Assembly: GCA_040954595.2 (NCBI GenBank)
Contig: CM082576.2
Span: forward strand, 3,508,760 to 3,572,759
DNA from: Balanoglossus misakiensis
Lineage: Eukaryota > Animalia > Hemichordata
DNA: 64,000 bases
Direction of reading: 5' to 3'
The notes under the pieces were generated by a model that saw only the letters and a list, made by a program, of their open reading frames with translations, ran no database searches and was not told where the DNA came from. Positions 17,338-30,099 of this stretch are shown here, piece by piece. The position numbers were made by a program, and so were the translations under genes. The stretch's first letter is position 1, and the number at the start of each line of letters is the position of its first letter.

Positions 17338-19217
17338 GGCTCAATTTCACTTTCAAATTCTGAACCAGGACTGTGCTTTTGGTGTGGTCATTTTGTGTCA
17401 TTTGGCAAATCAGGTCCAATAATCATTATTATCCAGTCGACGTCTGGCATAAGTTAGAGAAATCTGGTACCACCAGGAGAAGGAATGCTGGTACACAGAT
17501 GACCCCAACCAAGCAGAGGACAAAACATACTAGTACTCGTATTGTGTTGCCGGCTATTATAAAGCCGCCCCGGCTGAGCTAGATTTTAATAGTGTTAGCC
17601 ACAGTCCCTCAAGAAAGATGTGTGTTAGCTTAGACAGAAGGATCATAAAGCATTTGAGTGGACAGGGCGTGGGCTGTACTAACACTCCTGTCGACGCCCT
17701 ACGCTCGTCTTTTTGCAAAGAGCTGTTGTGTATGTATCTCGATCTGTAATCACATACATGGATTTAAAACATTCTCCGTGTCTGTGAGTTCTAACGAACC
17801 GGTAGGCCAAAATCTCTATGTCATTGCAAGTCTTACGCAATGTGACCCTATACACGGTACAATTTCTTTGTCTATTTGGACCATGGACGTTATGATTAGA
17901 TAGTTATGTCATACCACGGCTGTTAATGTGAAGGAGTCGTGTATGGTCATCGGTCTCACTATTGACAAGAAGACTGCCAAGAATGTTTTTTTTTTCGGCT
18001 CCTTGAACCTTCACAAACTACCTGTAAATCATGGAGTTACCATTGTGACAAGCTGTAGTGGTCCAGGACCGGCCCTGTGTGACAGCTTGTTAATGTTCTG
18101 TGGTATCTTCATGATATTATAGGGTTTCTCGGAAGTCGTGTGTCAATGCTGGGGGTCGGGGTAAAAGAAATCGATGGAACATAGCATGGATGAACACTAT
18201 AGGCGGACAAGGGCAATCGCCTCACGTAACCACGGACCTCTGCGATCAAGACACGTTTATACCGCAAGGCATATCTACCAACTACGCCGACCGGATAAGG
18301 AAGCGACTTACCTGGCCATCGCCGTATCACGATCACGGGCCCTGTCCCTTGAACGTCAAATACGACAACAGTGTCATGTGTGCAACCTGTTCAGACTACT
18401 TGCTGCTATGTATTCCGTAACTCAGACGACAGCAGGCAGTAATGAGCTGTTGCTTTCGACAGATTGCTCAATGACGGACAAAAAAACCTGAGAGCATTTC
18501 GACCACTCCCGCTATTCAGATAGACTTCGGTCAAAGGCTGCTGATGCTGGTATTGCTGGCCCCGTCTGAAATGCTTGACTGAGGCATTCGCTTCATAATT
18601 TGCATATTTCTCTGCCTATTAATTTTTAAAATAACATCGCGTTGTATTCACTGTGGTAAGGTGTGACGACGAAGGCTGCTATACACGTAACGTGGCAGTA
18701 CAATTTCCTCAACAAAAGACTTTGTCCGCCTTCAGCGAAATTTTCTATAAATACCACCGGCCTTCCAACTAAGAGAAAAGTTCAAAACAACACATCATAA
18801 CCATATATGTGGTCTTTTCCCCAATAGGCTGACTTCATTTATTTTGCACAGCCTGAGATACGAAAATGGCTTCCCTATATTTGTAGATTATTGACTTCAT
18901 AAATTATCTTTTCCTTTATAATAGCATGGACCATGGTTTTATATTTTTGGCAAACGCACTTCCCTTCCTAGTTGCTACGTAGAAAATTGCATTGCGTTTA
19001 CAGAAACGGAATTTCTTGCGTACCTGATAGTGTTAATAACGCGCACAGGAGAGGCATTCACCATATTTTTCTCAATTTTGTCTGTGGTAGAAATTTTCAT
19101 ATATGGTGCCTGCGCAGGGATGAAGCTGGTAAGAGGTCACACAGTGACTCATATATAAAGTGGAAATTAAGCGACTTTGCCTAAATGCCAAAATAGCACA
19201 ACCCTACACGGTTTTCT

Positions 19218-19404
19218 TCATGTGTCTTCTCCCTTGTATAAGTTAATGATGCGTTCACCGTGAAGAGCATTCCATAATTTGTGCTCCTTGGAGAAATCGT
19301 GATTTGTAAAGATGGTGAAATTTGTGCGCTATCTGTCGTAGTAGTGCGACGTGTACTTCTTGAAGCTGGCGCATCGATCTCCGCCCCTGTGCTTGGTCGG
19401 TACA
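19218..19404 (-). pseudogene. Decayed terminal exon of a third ST6GALNAC-like copy
   Basis: Reads YRPSTGA, then a deletion/frameshift, then SFKKYTSHYYDR*RTNFTIFTNHDFSKEHKLWNALHGERIINLYKGEDT*. Most of motif S is missing and there is an in-frame TAG at 19329-19331. Confidence 0.85.
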
Positions 19405-20081
19405 TATGGTCGGTACGTGCGGTATGGAAACAATGTCGCCTCGTTTAACATGTGAACGCACGCATGACAGGCCCATTAGCACACGACTTGCCAAAAGGAT
19501 AGGGAAGCGATGGACTTTATTGCTCATATTTGGGATAACAGGTTTTGTCGGTAATTTTGGTGGTGCCATTAACGCTGAACATTTACTTGTAACAAAACTG
19601 ATATGTTTACCACAACGCCAACATTCATATTTCTGTTACAAACATGACACACTCACATGCTACTTGTAACCGAAATGCTTTTATTTTTGCCTCCTGTAAC
19701 AAAACATTTGTACATCCCTTGATCGACATTCTCTCACGCAATACATAACTTTGAATACTCTTTCAAAATAAATAAAAATCAACTGAGATTTTTTCCAGTC
19801 TAGTTTTCCTTGGGTACTTTCACGATTGGGTATGATGTTCACTTCATTTGTAACCTCCTTCTTTAGTCTTCATTCAACCACTGTCTGCACCAGTCACTGT
19901 GAGCAGTGGAACAGAACAGGGAGGTGGGACAGCTTTCAGTCTGAGGTTTTTTGAGAGGCTCAGAGATTTTTCAAATTGGCCAACACAGCATGACTGGTCG
20001 CCAGTATGAGATATGACAGCTGCCTGTATGTCCCCAATCCACTGGCTCCCTGAATGAACAAGGAGTATCAGATTGTGTAAT

Positions 20082-21036
20082 TCATTTTTCTAAAATAGTA
20101 CTGGAACCGAGTCTCTTGCACCACTCTTGAAGCAAGTCATGGATGTCCTTGGCGTAGGTGATCTGCGACTTGACGGTGCTTATGTACACACTGTAGTTCT
20201 GCAGGGTGTCCATCTGGCTGGCCTCTGTCTTGGGCGCCCAGATGGCAACCGGTGTGTGGTGGGCACTCTCCCCAGCTTGGATCATGTACTCCCTGGCGAG
20301 TCTCTGCAAGCAGTTGAGAAAAGTGTCAGAAAGTGCACCAGTCTTAGCATCAGCAGTGGTACTGTCAAGACCTCTGGATCCGTATAGAGTAGCTGGTGAT
20401 TTTGTACAGGCTACATTAAATTACCCGATGTGTCAGTCAGAGGCGAAAAGAAAATGTATCTATTATACGAATATCAGTTGTTGGTATCACCTTTTAATTA
20501 CACACTTACCAGGTTAAGTTCTATCTGGTCACATATTGAGTAAAATTCTTCCAAACTCTTATCCAATCTCTGGCTTGGATTTTCGCTTTTTCTGTAACAG
20601 ACAAGAAGGATATGATAGTTGGTTTTTGGTGGGGGGGGGGGGGTAAAAGAAAAACAAACAATTCCGAATTCGGAAAAAACATTTTAGAGGAAGTGAGACT
20701 CACGCTGCATTATCTATTCCTGCATAGTTCACAAAGTTGTGACTTGTAATCTTCATGAGGGCCTGAAAAAAAAGAAAATATTGATAAATCATAAAATGGA
20801 CATCCCCTCCCCGTTTCGTCCAGGCATAGAAGATGGCCATCTGATCGCAGGCGGCACCGTGTGGCTGACAGTCATGAGTCACTTACCACTAACGATTCAC
20901 GGAGGTGGGGTACAAAAATCTTGACTTTTGATGTTGGGTCATCAATGGGTTGTTGTTGCTGCTGTTGCTGAGGCTGCTGCTGCGTTTGCTGTGGCTGTTG
21001 TAAGGGAGCGTTTGGAGTTTGCTGACTGGTCGCCAT
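20082..21036 (-). CDS. MED29: Mediator subunit 29 (intersex); exons ~21036-20887, 20762-20704, 20591-20509, 20303-20082
   Basis: Gln-rich N-terminus, then DDPTSKVKIFVPHLRESLVALMKITSHNF..IDN, QRLDKSLEEFYSICDQIELNLRLAREY and YISTVKSQITYAKDIHDLL, all matching the MED29 family. Confidence 0.93.
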
Positions 21037-21417
21037 CTTGCAGCAACTTTGACTTATTTGTGTAATCCTAGGTGGTCATACACGAACTAAATTTCAATTA
21101 AATTTATTAAACCAGTAGTGTTATTTTCATTCTTTTTTTTCAATGTGGTGTAATATTCGATAAAGAACATTAAGCGATTTAATTTGACAAGGAATTTCCC
21201 ATGACGCGTTAGATGCGCTTTAAAAATTAAATATAGTCCAGCTTAGGTGGCCTTGAAGGTCACGTTTGGGTCATATGAAAAAACGCCATCTTGCGCTTTG
21301 TGTGTGAAATGCTAATTATATCCTCCTGTCCTCTTCGAAATAAGCGGTAGTTGGAGTATTTTAATCGCGCCACCTTTCAAGAGAGTGGTTCCTGGAAGGG
21401 TATCTGTCACCGCAAAC
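21037..21417. promoter_or_regulatory. Bidirectional promoter region shared by MED29 and PAF1
   Basis: Divergent ATGs at 21036 and 21418. YY1-type CGCCATCTTG occurs at 21031-21040 and again at ~21284-21293. Confidence 0.75.
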
Positions 21418-24400
21418 ATGCCACCAACAATCCAGAGTGGGGACAGAAGTAATCGTGACAGGAAGTAAGTGTTTTTCAGTTGTGCACATGCTACAGTGGA
21501 GTTACGTTTGTTTTGACCACCATTGACATGCGTAGTAGCGTGATGTCTGCGCTGTCATGAAACCATACAAGTGAATGAGTGCACACACACGCATGTATCA
21601 GAATCCTCGTGACGGTACACGATTTCGCATTAAATTAAAGAAAATAGAATAAGTTTGTAGACTGTTGAACAATTGCAGAGAATGATTACTTCATTGACAT
21701 TGGTGTACTAAGCAGTTTGCTGGTTCAGAGATGACATCCTGTTGGCAATTCCTATTATATACATTTGATATAGTAGGTGTTTTCTTATTCAAACCGTTTA
21801 TTTTTTTTGTTTATGGACAAGAGAATCGTAGAAATTAATCTATTTATGATGTTGTTCACTTTCAGGTCACGTATAACCGGTCCAGGCAGGTGAGTAAACA
21901 CTTTTGAACCAAATGTCACTTTTCTGTTGTGCGTTTATGAGTGCTATTTCAAGAAGCATTATGATGCTGGTAAAGTTATATATTTTGTCTCAAACAGATG
22001 ACACGGCTTGTGTCTAACTAATCCCAACATTGTATCATTCAGGTCAGATTTGGTGTGTAGGGTCAAGTACTGCAACAACCTTCCAGATATCCCCTTCGAT
22101 CCCAAGTTTATCACCTACCCGTTCGAACCAAACCGATTCGTCCAGTACAATGCAACATCTCTGGAAAGATCGTACAAACATGAGTTGCTCACAGAGCATG
22201 ATCTGGGAGTGACCATTGACCTCATCAATCCAGACACATACAAAATTGACCCTAATGGTAAGTGATGTCGTAAGAATAGTGAGACATGCTGCCTTATGAT
22301 CTGATCATGCTGGCATATCACTCATTGGATGTAGTTACTCTTGATAATTTTCAAAGACAATTTTAACTCAAAGATGACAATTGCATTTATTCTGTTCCTT
22401 CCCATAGCTGTTCTTGATCCAGCTGATGAAAAACTTTTAGAGGAAGAAATATCGACCCCAGGTGATTCAAAGAGGTACGGCCGTGTGTCTGAACAATTTA
22501 TTCAGCAGTGCCATGAACGTGACTGGTGTCAATCCTTTAGCAATATACATTTTGTAATTTGTGTAACCCGTAACTAAGTACGCTTGGTCTCATGACCTGT
22601 CTTAAAACATTGCAACAGGTGCCTTTCCTTCATCTGGTATTTAATGGAAATAAACTGCTGTAGCATGGTTCAGTACACAGAACATGCCAGTGTCATAAAT
22701 GGACAAAGTTCAGACTCATCTTGAGCATGAGTGACCTCGTTGGGTCAAGGGTCGGCCTTTATCTCTTTTCCACTTGACTTTCCAGATCGAGGCGGCATGC
22801 GAAGACAGTTTCCTGGCTGCGGAAAACTGAATACATATCCACAGAATACAACAGATTTACACACAGCAGTGATAAAGCTGAAACAAAGTAAGTACAATAG
22901 ATGCTGCCAGCCATCGTTGGCCAAATGTCGTTGAATAGTGTTGATCTCAAGATGCTGCTAAGACTTTATTGAAAGCAGCACTTTCATAGACGCCAGAGGA
23001 AGTGTGCATGGTGGAGAGATAACGTTACTCATCCATCTGGTATGTTTTATTTCCCATGCAGAGTTGGCGCTAGCCTTCGGAAGCAATTTGCCGATGAAGA
23101 TCTGTATAAGGTAAGAAATAGATTCAATTGAGAAAATTTCATTTAGTTTCAGATATTCTTAGGTGCAGTCCACTTTCAATGTAAATGGAAAATGTTGGTT
23201 TTACAATATATGGTAACTTTAATTCCTTAATTGTTATGCCCGTTCTTGCTTCAGGACCGAGACAGTCAGATTGCCGCTATTGAGAAAACCTTTGACATGG
23301 CCAAACAACCGGTAAGTTCAATTTCCCCAGTTATATAATTGTGTTGTGCAGAGTAACTTCTACAGTGCCGTTGGCTGTAATATGAGTTGTTTCATATTTC
23401 AGAGATTACCATAGTGTTGAAATTGAAGTCCATGGCACTAATAATTTGTATTCTTCACCCAGATTCTACAGCATTACAGTAAACCCAATGTCACTCCAGT
23501 TGAGACCTATCCAGTGTGTCCTGACTTTGACGTAAGTAATCACTTTCAGTTTAACCCGTCACATTTACAATACCCACGAGAATTAATATTAGGGTGGAGG
23601 TCAGTGCATATTTCTGAGAAATACAAAGCACATGAAGACTGCAAATCTTTTTTGATATTTCATGTGGTATGTTACTTGAATTTTCCGTGACACAATTTCC
23701 TTATGTTTTTATTTTCCCTTTCAGATGTGGATACATCCATGTGCTCAGGTTATTTTCGACAGTGATCCGGCAGTCAAAGACAAATCTGTGGCCCAGCAAG
23801 TGGAAGAGATGTCACAAGCCATGATCAGGTTTGTAACCAAATTAGTAAAAACATGTCTACTGTAATGTGAAAAATTTAGCACCTCCTGTACTGGTGTAGT
23901 TTGATCCTTACACAGAAAAGTGAGAAAATGAATAGTTTATGCTGAGCTTTGTCAGCCAGACTGAAAAATATAAATATTTGATATTCTATATTTCTGGGCA
24001 TTTGTCTGGGAAGACATTTTGTTTTGATGAGAGAGTAATAATGCAGCAAAGTAGAGCTAAAAATCTGCCAGTTTTGTACTGTGTTGATATTGCACCCATT
24101 TCTTATCATATTCTTTTGTTTCACCTCACAGAGGTATGGTTGACGAGAGTGGCGAGCAGTTTGTAGGTTATTTCCTACCGACAGATGACACAAAGAGAAA
24201 AAGGAAGAGAGATGTTGAAGAGGATATCGAGTATATGCCAGATGAAGAGTAAGTTTTTGTCATGCAGGGGGAAACATATCCATCAAACAATGATCGGAAA
24301 AGGGGATTTCTCAGTTTAAAGAAGAAAAAGCATTTTGGGGATAATTTGATTGATCATTTTTTATGTCAAACTTCTGCTCTGTCATGGCAGGTACGAATAC

Positions 24401-26428
24401 AAGATGGCGCGTGAATACAACTGGAATGTGAAAAACAAAGCAACCAAAGGATACGAAGAAAACTATTTCTTTGTCCTCCGACCAGAAGGATTTTTCTACA
24501 ATGAACTGGAGACAAGGTATGGTGTCAATAGTGACTTGTGCACTGGCAGGCTTGGTGTACAGATTCTGGAGGTTCTACTGCTGTCCTCCTGAAATCAATT
24601 TCTTCCCAGTTGAATGGATTTTTTATCGATAAGAAAAATGAAAAAGATTCACAAATGATGACAAAGCTTCAACATGCATCAGTGTGTATCAACCTCGTAG
24701 TTTTCACTTGTATGGTGAGATATTTAACCCTGATGGTACAGCTGGATATGTATATTTGTATAAGTTGGTCTGTCTATATTTCCTTTGTAAAGAGTACGAC
24801 TGAGTAAAAGACGAGCCAAAGGCGGTATGGTGGCAGGAAATTCACAGCTGGTGGTCAAACATCGTGATTTGAATGAACAAGAGACAGCACAACAGGTGAG
24901 AGAATACAAGAAACATCAGTATTTCTGAAATAGCGCCCTCTGTGGTTATGATAACTCATCTGTGAGATTTATTTTTCCATGTAAATCACTCTCTTGATGC
25001 TATGACAAGTAAAAAAAACGTGTAAACTACAGTTGAACTGCATATAGACGCTGCACAGTGTCCAAGAATATTTGAATTATTTTTGTAAAAGGTGGAAAAC
25101 TCGCACATCACAGCAATCCAGAGTCAGAACTCATTGTGATTATGTACATGTGTATGTGGCGTAGCATTTGTACAAAAATAGACTGCACAAAGGAGCTGCC
25201 ATGGACAGTTTAAAAACTGATGCGGAACTCACAACATTACCTCCTGTCCTGTATTAATGACGGCACCAGGGACATCATAATGTAGTGGTGGCTAATGATG
25301 TTGTTGTTTTTTCTTAACAGGAGGGAAGGTTGATGCAGCTGGAACCGGCAATACAAGAGGAGGAAGAACCAGAAGTGGAGGAAGAGGAGATGGAAGGAGA
25401 GGTTGAGGTTGAGGAAGAGGGTGAAGGTGAAATTGAGGAGGAAGAGAGGGAGGGAGAAGAGGAGGAGGAGGAGGAGGTAGAAAAAGAAATTGCAAGTGAA
25501 GCAGAAGGTAAGGAGGTGCTCTAAAGACTAACAAATTACTGACCGAGAGAAGTGGTTTTTTGCCTGAAATCACATTCCCCACAAAATTTAACTCTCTCCC
25601 TAAAATCTTTTTTTTTTTTTTAAATTGAAATTATTTCTGACAGGTCGGAAAAGTTCATTTACGATTTCCATGGCTCTTCTCTATTTCATACTGCTATCAA
25701 TCTTTTATGATCAGCATTTATGATCAGATCCAAAAACTGCCTGAAGATATAATCTCTGTTTCAATAACCTGGTCAACGTATGAAACTAGACCTTCTCTGT
25801 GAGACGGGACCAGATGTAATCGTGAGGTTGAGAATCTCATTAGTCGAGTCTATTTGTTAAAGTACCGTTTAATTTGTCCTGAATTGTGTAGATAAAGGAT
25901 GCAGTTCCAAGCAAATGAAGGCTGACTGTCTGCTTGTAAACTGTCTCCAGTTTACTGTCATTATCCATGATGATTGTACCATTTTCACAAAGGGGGTGGG
26001 TTGCGTGGGAGATGGAGGGGATTGAGTGTTGCTGTGAGAATCACTGCCATGGTAACGCTCTGCGCGTGTTATGAAATATCCATGCTTCCAGTTTTCGCGT
26101 GAAAGAGGAATGATGATCAGTTACCTCTCTAAGATCATCTCACTGTATTGTTGTCTTGCTTCAACTCGCAGAGAGCGGCAGCGAGAGAGAAGCCAGCGAG
26201 GGCGAGGAGCAGGCGGAGAGCGCGCAGGAGGCGAACGAGGAAGCGCAAAGCGAGAACGAAGAGGAGAGCGGAAGCGAGAAAGGTGAGGAGTCCAGCAGCA
26301 GTAGCAGCAGCAGCAGTGAGAGTGAGAGCGAAGAAGACGAGCGAAGGAACGAAGAGGAGATCTTTGGAAGTGCCAGCGAAAGCGAAGATGAAGGCGAGAT
26401 CAAGAGTGATTCTGATGACAGTGATTAA
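21418..26428 (+). CDS. PAF1: RNA polymerase II-associated factor 1; ~14 coding exons including a 24-nt micro-exon (21866-21889) and two acidic C-terminal exons (25321-25507, 26172-26428)
   Basis: MPPTIQS start; [27 protein letters not shown]; [16 protein letters not shown]; [13 protein letters not shown]; [22 protein letters not shown]; Glu/Ser-rich tail ending [23 protein letters not shown] at 27180-27185. Confidence 0.97.
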
Positions 26429-27329
26429 AATTAAAAGACTTCTTAGTGGTGGTGTTGCTGGGTTGATTCAAGATCAAAACTGGCATGGAAGCTGAGTGTG
26501 ACATATAGAGAACATGGTGACTTGGACTGACGTCATCACTGACACATGTCCCCGTCACAGACCGCACTTTGTCAGTGGACGAATGACATTTCGATTTTGT
26601 ACATAGCTTAAACTGCCACTTTATTCAGGAAACAAAATCATGTTTAATGAACATATTTAGCATCTCTGAAAAAATATTACGCAGCTTCATTGATTCTTGG
26701 GGGTAATCACCAACATGAACTGCTGTAAAAGCATTTATATTGATGTTGGCTACACTAATGCATTTCCTGAATGCACCTCAGTCACTGAACTCTGCACAAG
26801 CAAAATGGCCCTGTGGCTTTCGATTTCAGTGACACATAGAATATAAGCAAGACTTTGGGTGTTAAAGGACTTGCTTGTACTATCTAGGTGGCTACTCTTG
26901 GAGTTTGGAAATGAGAAGTTACTTGACCTCTGAACTCAAATTAGCATGCGCTCAATACCAAAGCAGTACTTTGCATATGCTGGTATTGGGCAAAGGTTAC
27001 CGTGACTGATGTTGACTTCAGGAAGAAGTCAGCCAGTCAGTCAGTCAGTCCACAAATATGGCAACAACAGACAAAGACTATTTTAAGAGATTGGTATTTA
27101 AGGGTACAAGTTCATTTTAGGAGAGGGGTCAAAATCATACAAGTTTTTCTTAATGTTACATTATATGAAAATATTGATAAATAAAACATTTCATAAAACC
27201 TGTGTCAGGCTTGTCAAGTCTACATAATAAAATTATTTGAATCTGATATTCACACTTTTCTAATGACCTTGTTCCCATCGCTGAGGATTAGGTACTCAAA
27301 CATGTTTGTGTAGTGTTTATACTTTGTAC

Positions 27330-27403
27330 TTGTTAAAATTCTGATCAGAATTTTAACAATTTGAACAAAAGACTGGACATATCACACAGATGTGTGTGAT
27401 ATG
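27330..27403. repeat. 30-bp perfect palindrome (27330-27359) and an adjacent perfect 11-bp-stem hairpin (27378-27403)
   Basis: TTGTTAAAATTCTGATCAGAATTTTAACAA is self-complementary; CATATCACACA-GATG-TGTGTGATATG. Confidence 0.9.
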
Positions 27404-30099
27404 AATTCCACTGAGCCCACGTGACATCAGACTGCAATAATTCCCCTGAACTATAAATATAGATTTTGTAAGACCTTCAGTTGCAATCCCCTGCAAAGCA
27501 AACAGTTAATGGAGGTCAGATGATCCAAAGCGATGCATTAAATGAAAGTTGAGAGTTCAGAAGCTTAACCTGTCTCCCCACACTTTTCTTTAATGTGGGT
27601 CCAAGAACATTTAGACCTGTTTTGTTCTGAAGGAAGGTATGGGTTGAACCACATTCAGGGGTTCATATTTTCAGGGAATCAGTCATTATACAAGAAAGGC
27701 CAAAGTACAGAACATGACCAAGAAAAATGAAAGAATATAGGTATCCTTTAAAAACCAGACAGTCTTGTGTCAATAAATCATTGCGTACCTGGCTCTATTT
27801 CACGTTCTGTTTTCAAAGGAGACTTTTACCTTTTGGGTAGACGGCATGAAAAATCAAAGTGCACTAAAATGCCAGAGGCGGAAATACAAGACCAGTCGAA
27901 CGGTGCCATGGAACACCTGCTCATGTCAGAACGCTAGAAACACTACCACAGAAATTTAATTGCAACCCTTTTACAAACAGTTTGGCTGTCTTCAGGAAGT
28001 AATTAAGAATAAACTCTTTGATTCATGGTGTTCAAACTTCCGTTGCAGGGTTTGGAGCGACTAAAAAATGTCATTAAATTTTCATCTGTGATGTACATAC
28101 AGTATTGTTTAGAGGCAATAATATCAGTCCAGAATGATCAGCTTGATTGCTTTGAAACAGTTGGTTGCCCGACCTGGAGGGAAAAGTGAAAACGTTACAG
28201 GATCTTGCATTATATAGCATATTTCTTTTTTCCAGAAACTGAACACAATCACAATTTTAAAAGAGGAAAATATTAAGGCCATGCCCTCATGCTCTCTGGT
28301 CTACAAAAAACTATCACCAACTGTTTCTTCCGACAGTTGACGTTATACAAGTGATATACAAAGCATTGATAACCTACATTGCAATATTTTATGGTTGCCA
28401 TAGTGAAGTCAGTTGCAATGTATGGAATATTCATGCGTTGCAACTGATATGAATCTCTAATATAGATGATGCAGATAACAAGCATGATATCAAGATTTGT
28501 TCAAGCAAATGTCCTAATGGGTTTACAACCTTTGGTTATATTTACCAGAGAAATACACAACTGCCATTAATGCAATTTATACAAAAAGATTACGTGATGG
28601 TTATACGCATACTGAATGCATGAGTTGATCAATAAAATATCCTCAATAAAGGCATTATTTATCAAGCATTATTTTTATCCAGCTTTCATGCATGCCAAAC
28701 TCAAAATATTATGTGATTACTTTTGGTAATCTTTCCACCAGCTGCACAGTTTACTCTCAATTGAAAAGTGGTCTGTAATAAAGGTAAATGAGGCAATAGT
28801 AACAGACTAATAGCAGGGAGCGTGTTTTGCATCGATAATGATATGCTAATTAGAATGACATTTGCAAGTGAAATTAATGACGCTGAGAATGAAAATGTTG
28901 GAAGGAAAAAAAGTTGGATGTGAAAATTGATCTTGCTTTCATCAGGTATACTTTGTTGAGTGAGAACACTGCTGTTATTTAGAAATGAGAATTGGGATGG
29001 AATGCCACTTTTTGATTAAATCATTGATAATAATTAATAACAGCTGAATGATGACATTTCCAATAAGAGTGAGAGTGCCTATGGGAAATTAACTCGGGGA
29101 AAGTTATTCCATAGTTACTCTGGCTCATGCTGTGATAATGCTTTTTTCTCTTTCACGTTTGAAAATGAAACTGTGGCGTCTCTGCCCCTGGGATACATAC
29201 TGACATTTAAAGAGAGAGAAAAAATGAAATTATCTTTTTAATTATTATCTGGTGAATGCAATAATTGCTGTTGTGGCCACATACAATCTGCCGCTAATGA
29301 AGAAATGGCCAAGATATGCAACTTATAGTGTTGTCGGAAGTCATTCGTCAAGCAATATGCTCTGAGTTACTTTGAGTAATCCTAATTGATATACTGCTCC
29401 TCCATCAGACGCCATAATGACAATGGGCAAAGCATTGCAGGAAATGAAACTGGTGGGACTTCTGTGAAATGTGAGATCATTCAGGTGACTGCATGCCCCC
29501 TGAATCAATATGGTGACACTGATTCTTCATATTACAAGAAATTTATTGAAAAATTCTCAAAAGAGATAAGATTCAACACGTCTGTCTGCAAAATGCAATA
29601 GCTGCCTGGTTGGCAGCAAAATTGAACTATGACCTTTTATACTCATAGTATCAGTAATACTAGAATAAGCTTGAACCTTACAAGTGAACCAAAATGGGAC
29701 ATTGTGTCATTTTTTAATTAAAAAATTCTTTTTTTTCTTAGATACATCATCTGCACCTCCTTTCCCCAGTAGTCAAAGGTATTGTACATGTATCTTTAGC
29801 CAGGTGGGGTACCATGGCGCGATCGAGGCACTCTCGTGTGCATTGAGCAAATCCAAGATCCTATATTCCTATCAGTTCGCAATTTGCTGCATCTATGCCA
29901 AATCCTTTCACAACATACTGCACAAGATCTATAGTACTGGCCAAAATACAGGTTTAATGCTGTTAAAAATGTTCATAAATACTTTAAAAAGAAGTTAAAT
30001 ATCGACTGAAACTATACAAATCTCGACAGACAGAGAATTCTGGAGTTGTTGAAATTGAGATATTTGATGTCCATGTATGTATGTATATTGCTACATCCA

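Noticed and set aside
26071-26495. Arg-rich and Ser-rich ORFs overlapping the last PAF1 exon
   Set aside because: These are alternative-frame and antisense readings of a purine-rich acidic low-complexity exon.
27741-27749. GTATCCTTT, a U12-type donor consensus
   Set aside because: It lies in UTR/intergenic sequence with no exon or branch-point partner evident, and all coding introns I traced look like U2 GT-AG.
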